Shown one piece after another: positions 20,797 through 24,989 of a stretch of 24,989 nucleotides of DNA (positions are counted from its first letter, which is position 1; each line of letters starts with the position of its first letter). The stretch lies in IMG/VR virus record IMGVR_UViG_2619619133_000007; one strand, given 5' to 3'. Under the pieces are notes generated by a model. The model was given only the letters and a program-made list of their open reading frames with translations. It made no database searches and was not told the origin of the DNA. Made by a program: the position numbers and the translations under genes. Source of the stretch: a virus (lineage: Duplodnaviria; Heunggongvirae; Uroviricota; Caudoviricetes).

Positions 20797-23328
20797 ATGT
20801 GGGGCGTCAAAATTGAGCAGACCAAAGACGGCAAACATTATGTCGCGGGTATTGGCCTCAGCATGGAGGACACGGAGGAAGGCAAGCTGAGCCAGTTTCT
20901 GGTTGCCGCTAACCGTATCGCGTTTATTGACCCGGCAAACGGGAATGAAACGCCGATGTTTGTGGCGCAGGGCAACCAGATATTCATGAACGACGTGTTC
21001 CTGAAGCGCCTGACGGCCCCCACCATTACCAGCGGTGGCAGTCCTCCGGTATTTTCCCTGACATCAGACGGAAAGCTGACCGCTAAAAATGCGGATATCA
21101 GTGGCAGTGTGAATGCGAACTCAGGAACGCTCAACAATGTCACGATTAACCAGAACTGTACGATTAAGGGCATGCTGGAGGCGACCCAGGTCAGAGGGGA
21201 TTTCGTTAAAGCTGTATCAAAAGCCTTCCCGAAAAAAGTCGGTACGTGGGGTAACACGGAAACACCAAACGGTACGGTTATTGCATCCGCCGTGGCGCTT
21301 GAGGATGCGAGCACGACGAAAAAGGGGATAGTACAGCTCAGCAGTGCGACCAACAGCACTTCCGAGTCACTGGCGGCAACGCCAAAGGCAGTAAAAGCAG
21401 CCTATGACAATGCAGAGAAACGTCTGCAGAAAGACCAGAACGGCGCTGATATACCCGATAAGGTACGCTTCCTGAACAACATTAACGCGGTCAGTAAAAC
21501 AGACTTTGCTGATAAGCGTGGTATGCGTTATGTGCGGGTTAACGCTCCTGCAGGTGCAACATCTGGAAAATATTACCCTGTTGTTGTTATGCGTTCTGCT
21601 GGCTCAGTAAGCGAACTGGCATCAAGGGTCATTATCACCACGGCAACGCGAACCGCAGGCGATCCGATGAATAACTGCGAGTTTAACGGATTTGTTATGC
21701 CTGGTGGCTGGACTGACAGGGGGCGTTATGCTTATGGAATGTTCTGGCAATATCAAAACAATGAACGAGCCATCCACTCAATAATGATGAGTAATAAGGG
21801 CGATGATTTGCGCTCTGTGTTCTATGTTGATGGCGCTGCTTTCCCTGTTTTTGCGTTCATCGAAGATGGCCTGTCAATATCCGCACCTGGTGCTGATCTC
21901 GTTGTTAATGATACGACCTATAAGTTTGGGGCAACAAATCCAGCGACTGAATGTATCGCGGCGGACGTTATCCTTGATTTTAAGAGTGGGCGTGGTTTTT
22001 ATGAGTCCCATTCGTTAATCGTTAACGATAACTTGTCGTGCAAAAAACTTTTTGCCACAGACGAAATTGTAGCGCGTGGTGGTAATCAGATTCGAATGAT
22101 AGGTGGGGAGTATGGTGCATTATGGCGTAATGATGGCGCTAAAACTTACCTGCTGCTTACCAATCAAGGTGATGTTTATGGTGGATGGAATACATTAAGA
22201 CCGTTTGTTATTGATAACGCAACCGGCGAACTGGTTATTGGAACCAAACTGTCTGCAAGTCTGAACGGTAACGCATTGACAGCAACAAAGCTGCAAACGC
22301 CAAGACTGGTTTCTGGTGTTGAGTTTGATGGTTCCAAAGATATTACTTTAACCGCCGCGCATGTGGCTGCTTTTGCCAGAAGGGCAACGGATACATATGC
22401 CGATGCGGATGGTGGCGTTCCCTGGAATGCCGAATCAGGCGCTTACAATGTCACCCGCTCTGGCAACAGCTATATTCTGGTTAACTTCTATACCGGAGTC
22501 GGAAGTTGCCGGACCCTGCAGATGAAGGCGCATTACAGAAATGGTGGTCTGTTCTACCGTTCTTCAAGAGACGGTTATGGTTTTGAGGAAGACTGGGCAG
22601 AAGTTTATACCTCGAAAAATCTTCCACCAGAAAGCTACCCAGTCGGCGCACCAATCCCGTGGCCATCAGATACCGTTCCGTCTGGTTATGCCCTGATGCA
22701 GGGGCAGACTTTTGACAAATCTGCCTACCCGAAACTTGCAGCCGCTTATCCGTCAGGCGTGATCCCTGATATGCGTGGCTGGACGATTAAGGGCAAACCT
22801 GCCAGTGGTCGGGCCGTATTGTCTCAGGAACAGGACGGCATTAAATCGCATACCCACAGCGCCAGCGCATCCAGTACGGATTTGGGGACGAAAACCACAT
22901 CGTCGTTTGATTACGGAACCAAATCCACGAATAACACCGGGGCGCATACCCATAGTATTAGCGGGATCGCAAATAGTGCCGGTGCGCACCAACACAAGAG
23001 TTCCGGTGCATTTGGTGGCACGAACACGAGCATTTTCCCTAATGGTTATACCGCGATTTCAAATCTAAGCGCGGGGATTATGAGCACAACAAGCGGTAGT
23101 GGCCAGACTCGTAATGCAGGGAAGACATCATCAGATGGTGCTCATACCCACTCGCTGTCCGGCACTGCTGCAAGCGCAGGCGCACATGCACATACTGTCG
23201 GTATTGGTGCTCATACGCACTCCGTTGCGATTGGTTCACATGGACACACCATCACCGTTAACGCTGCTGGTAACGCGGAAAACACCGTCAAAAACATCGC
23301 ATTTAACTATATTGTGAGGCTTGCATAA
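20797..23328 (+). CDS. Chimeric tail fibre protein: J (host-specificity protein) C-terminal-region fragment fused in frame to a side-tail-fibre (Stf-like) body with His-rich (HxH) C-terminal domain; open frame extends upstream to 20656 without ATG
   Basis: First ~145 aa match the lambda J region (...[28 protein letters not shown]...NCTI.G.L....GD.VKA.S.AFP); from [39 protein letters not shown] onward it is Stf-like, ending in the lambda Stf C-terminus (...[30 protein letters not shown]). Confidence 0.7.
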   Translation: MWGVKIEQTKDGKHYVAGIGLSMEDTEEGKLSQFLVAANRIAFIDPANGNETPMFVAQGNQIFMNDVFLKRLTAPTITSGGSPPVFSLTSDGKLTAKNADISGSVNANSGTLNNVTINQNCTIKGMLEATQVRGDFVKAVSKAFPKKVGTWGNTETPNGTVIASAVALEDASTTKKGIVQLSSATNSTSESLAATPKAVKAAYDNAEKRLQKDQNGADIPDKVRFLNNINAVSKTDFADKRGMRYVRVNAPAGATSGKYYPVVVMRSAGSVSELASRVIITTATRTAGDPMNNCEFNGFVMPGGWTDRGRYAYGMFWQYQNNERAIHSIMMSNKGDDLRSVFYVDGAAFPVFAFIEDGLSISAPGADLVVNDTTYKFGATNPATECIAADVILDFKSGRGFYESHSLIVNDNLSCKKLFATDEIVARGGNQIRMIGGEYGALWRNDGAKTYLLLTNQGDVYGGWNTLRPFVIDNATGELVIGTKLSASLNGNALTATKLQTPRLVSGVEFDGSKDITLTAAHVAAFARRATDTYADADGGVPWNAESGAYNVTRSGNSYILVNFYTGVGSCRTLQMKAHYRNGGLFYRSSRDGYGFEEDWAEVYTSKNLPPESYPVGAPIPWPSDTVPSGYALMQGQTFDKSAYPKLAAAYPSGVIPDMRGWTIKGKPASGRAVLSQEQDGIKSHTHSASASSTDLGTKTTSSFDYGTKSTNNTGAHTHSISGIANSAGAHQHKSSGAFGGTNTSIFPNGYTAISNLSAGIMSTTSGSGQTRNAGKTSSDGAHTHSLSGTAASAGAHAHTVGIGAHTHSVAIGSHGHTITVNAAGNAENTVKNIAFNYIVRLA

Positions 23329-23909
23329 TGGCATTCAGAATGAGTGAACAACCACGGACCATAAAAATTTATAATCTGCTGGCCGGAACTAATGAATTTA
23401 TTGGTGAAGGTGATGCATATATTCCGCCTCATACAGGTCTGCCAGCAAACAGTACCGATATTGCACCGCCAGATATTCCGGCTGGCTTCGTGGCTGTTTT
23501 CAACAGTGATGAGTCATCGTGGCATCTCGTTGAAGATCATCGGGGTAAAACGGTTTATGACGTGGCTTCCGGCGACGCGTTATTTATTTCTGAACTCGGT
23601 CCGTTACCGGAAAATGTTACCTGGTTATCGCCGGAAGGGGAGTTTCAGAAGTGGAACGGCACAGCCTGGGTGAAGGATACGGAAGCAGAAAAACTGTTCC
23701 GGATCCGGGAGGCGGAAGAAACAAAAAACAACCTGATGCAGGTAGCCAGTGAGCATATTGCGCCGCTTCAGGATGCTGCAGATCTGGAAATTGCAACGGA
23801 GGAAGAAATCTCGTTGCTGGAAGCATGGAAAAAGTATCGGGTATTGCTGAACCGTGTTGATACGTCAACTGCACAGGATATTGAATGGCCAGTAGCACCT
23901 ATAGGGTAA
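23328..23909 (+). CDS. tfa: Tail fibre assembly protein Tfa
   Basis: 193-aa ORF overlapping stf stop (TAATG), matches lambda Tfa. Confidence 0.9.
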   Translation: MAFRMSEQPRTIKIYNLLAGTNEFIGEGDAYIPPHTGLPANSTDIAPPDIPAGFVAVFNSDESSWHLVEDHRGKTVYDVASGDALFISELGPLPENVTWLSPEGEFQKWNGTAWVKDTEAEKLFRIREAEETKNNLMQVASEHIAPLQDAADLEIATEEEISLLEAWKKYRVLLNRVDTSTAQDIEWPVAPIG

Positions 23910-24001
23910 ATTCGTAATGATTACCTAAATACGTTATTCTTTTGTTAAAAAAGTGATTTTTCTATAGGTAGGGAGTATGTTCTTGGATTAAGAATAAAAA
24001 A

Positions 24002-24026
24002 TCGCCATGAAAGAGCTTCATGGCGA
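24002..24026 (-). terminator. Putative intrinsic terminator (minus strand)
   Basis: Perfect 10-bp stem TCGCCATGAA/TTCATGGCGA with 5-nt loop, followed on the minus strand by TTTTTTATTCTT. Confidence 0.55.
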
Positions 24027-24658
24027 ATACATAAACGTACAAAATGTGATGAAAGTAGAGTGGCGTAAGCCACTATATTAAGATATAACAATAGCGAAGA
24101 AAAGTAAATAACATTTTATGGACGTTTAATTGTTAATTATAAAAACTAGAGTGCCCGATATTGTTTATCTTGCTTTAAAATAATGTACTCAAACCAAATT
24201 TTTGAGCTAAAAGCTCAAATAATATAAATGCAATAATAATGTTTAATAAGACAATTAGCTTGCTTTGTATTTTCATTTCGGAATACTGTTAAGTAACTTT
24301 GATGACCCTAACAATAGATCGGAATTTTCTTAGAGTCAATGGTCACTGTTTTTGCTTGCAAAGCAAATGTTTTGGTGGTTATAAGTTGTCTTAATATAGT
24401 CACGCATGCAACTTGTTCCATGCGGAGATTAAAGATTGGAATATAACGCGAAGATGGAATTAAATTACATTTGCAATAATCAATTTATTATTACTCAATA
24501 ATTACCGATATTATTATTGTAAATTAATCATTAGAGTGCAAAAAGAAATGTAACGGCAAAATAAGAGGACGATAGCTGAGAAAAAAGCGTGCTTTCCCAA
24601 TCTGGGGCAAATCACGTCTGAATGACACCTGAAAACAGGTGGTAGCCTCAAGAAGGCT

Positions 24659-24989
24659 GGTGATGCTGCCAACTTACTGATTTAGTGTATGATGGTGTTT
24701 TTGAGGTGCTCCAGTGGCTTCTGTTTCTATCAGCTGTCCCTCCTGTTCAGCTACTGACGGGGTGGTGCGTAACGGCAAAAGCACCGCCGGACATCAGCGC
24801 TATCTCTGCTCTCACTGCCGTAAAACATGGCAACTGCAGTTCACTTACACCGCTTCTCAACCCGGTACGCACCAGAAAATCATTGATATGGCCATGAATG
24901 GCGTTGGATGCCGGGCAACTGCCCGCATTATGGGCGTTGGCCTCAACACGATTTTACGTCACTTAAAAAACTCAGGCCGCAGTCGGTAA
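24659..24989 (+). mobile_element. IS1: IS1 insertion sequence, left ~331 bp (continues beyond window)
   Basis: Terminal inverted repeat GGTGATGCTGCCAACTTACTGAT at 24659 followed by insA. Confidence 0.9.
24714..24989 (+). CDS. insA: IS1 InsA protein
   Basis: 91-aa [54 protein letters not shown]... matching IS1 InsA; stop is the last codon of the window. Confidence 0.95.

Noticed and set aside
20838-21359. 173-aa minus-strand ORF overlapping the J-Stf chimera
   Set aside because: Antisense to a conserved tail-fibre coding sequence

Overview
This window is the left junction and most of a defective, mosaic lambda-like prophage sitting at the classical lambda attachment site next to ybhC. All identifications are from reading the sequence and the ORF track against remembered lambda, Rac and DLP12 proteins; no database search was run. 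Left to right: ybhC (host), attL (B-O-P' with core GCTTTTTTATACTAA), int, xis, a small 55-aa ORF, an AT-rich accessory cassette with a predicted membrane protein on the opposite strand, a TraR/DksA-like zinc-finger gene, three small early-left ORFs, exo-bet-gam, a Kil-like ORF, then a non-lambda immunity region (LexA-like CI repressor, YdaS-like Cro, YdaT/CII-like protein) and replication gene O with internal ori iterons. The prophage is crippled by at least two internal deletions: one fuses the first ~36 codons of P to the C-terminal fragment of an endolysin (removing the rest of P, nin, Q, holin), and one fuses a C-terminally truncated Z to the C-terminal part of J (removing U through most of J). 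Rz/Rz1, bor, a YlcI-like gene, cos, and the head/packaging module Nu1-A-W-B-C/Nu3-D-E-FI-FII look intact. The tail end is a single 843-aa ORF that reads from a J fragment straight into a side-tail-fibre body with a lambda Stf-like histidine-rich C-terminus, followed by tfa, an AT-rich orphan region and the start of IS1 (insA). No N, cII, cIII, rex or Q equivalents are visible. The most interesting candidates for uncharacterised biology are the accessory membrane-protein cassette between xis and the TraR-like gene, the J-Stf chimera, the structured N-less leader downstream of the leftward early promoter, and the AT-rich region next to IS1.
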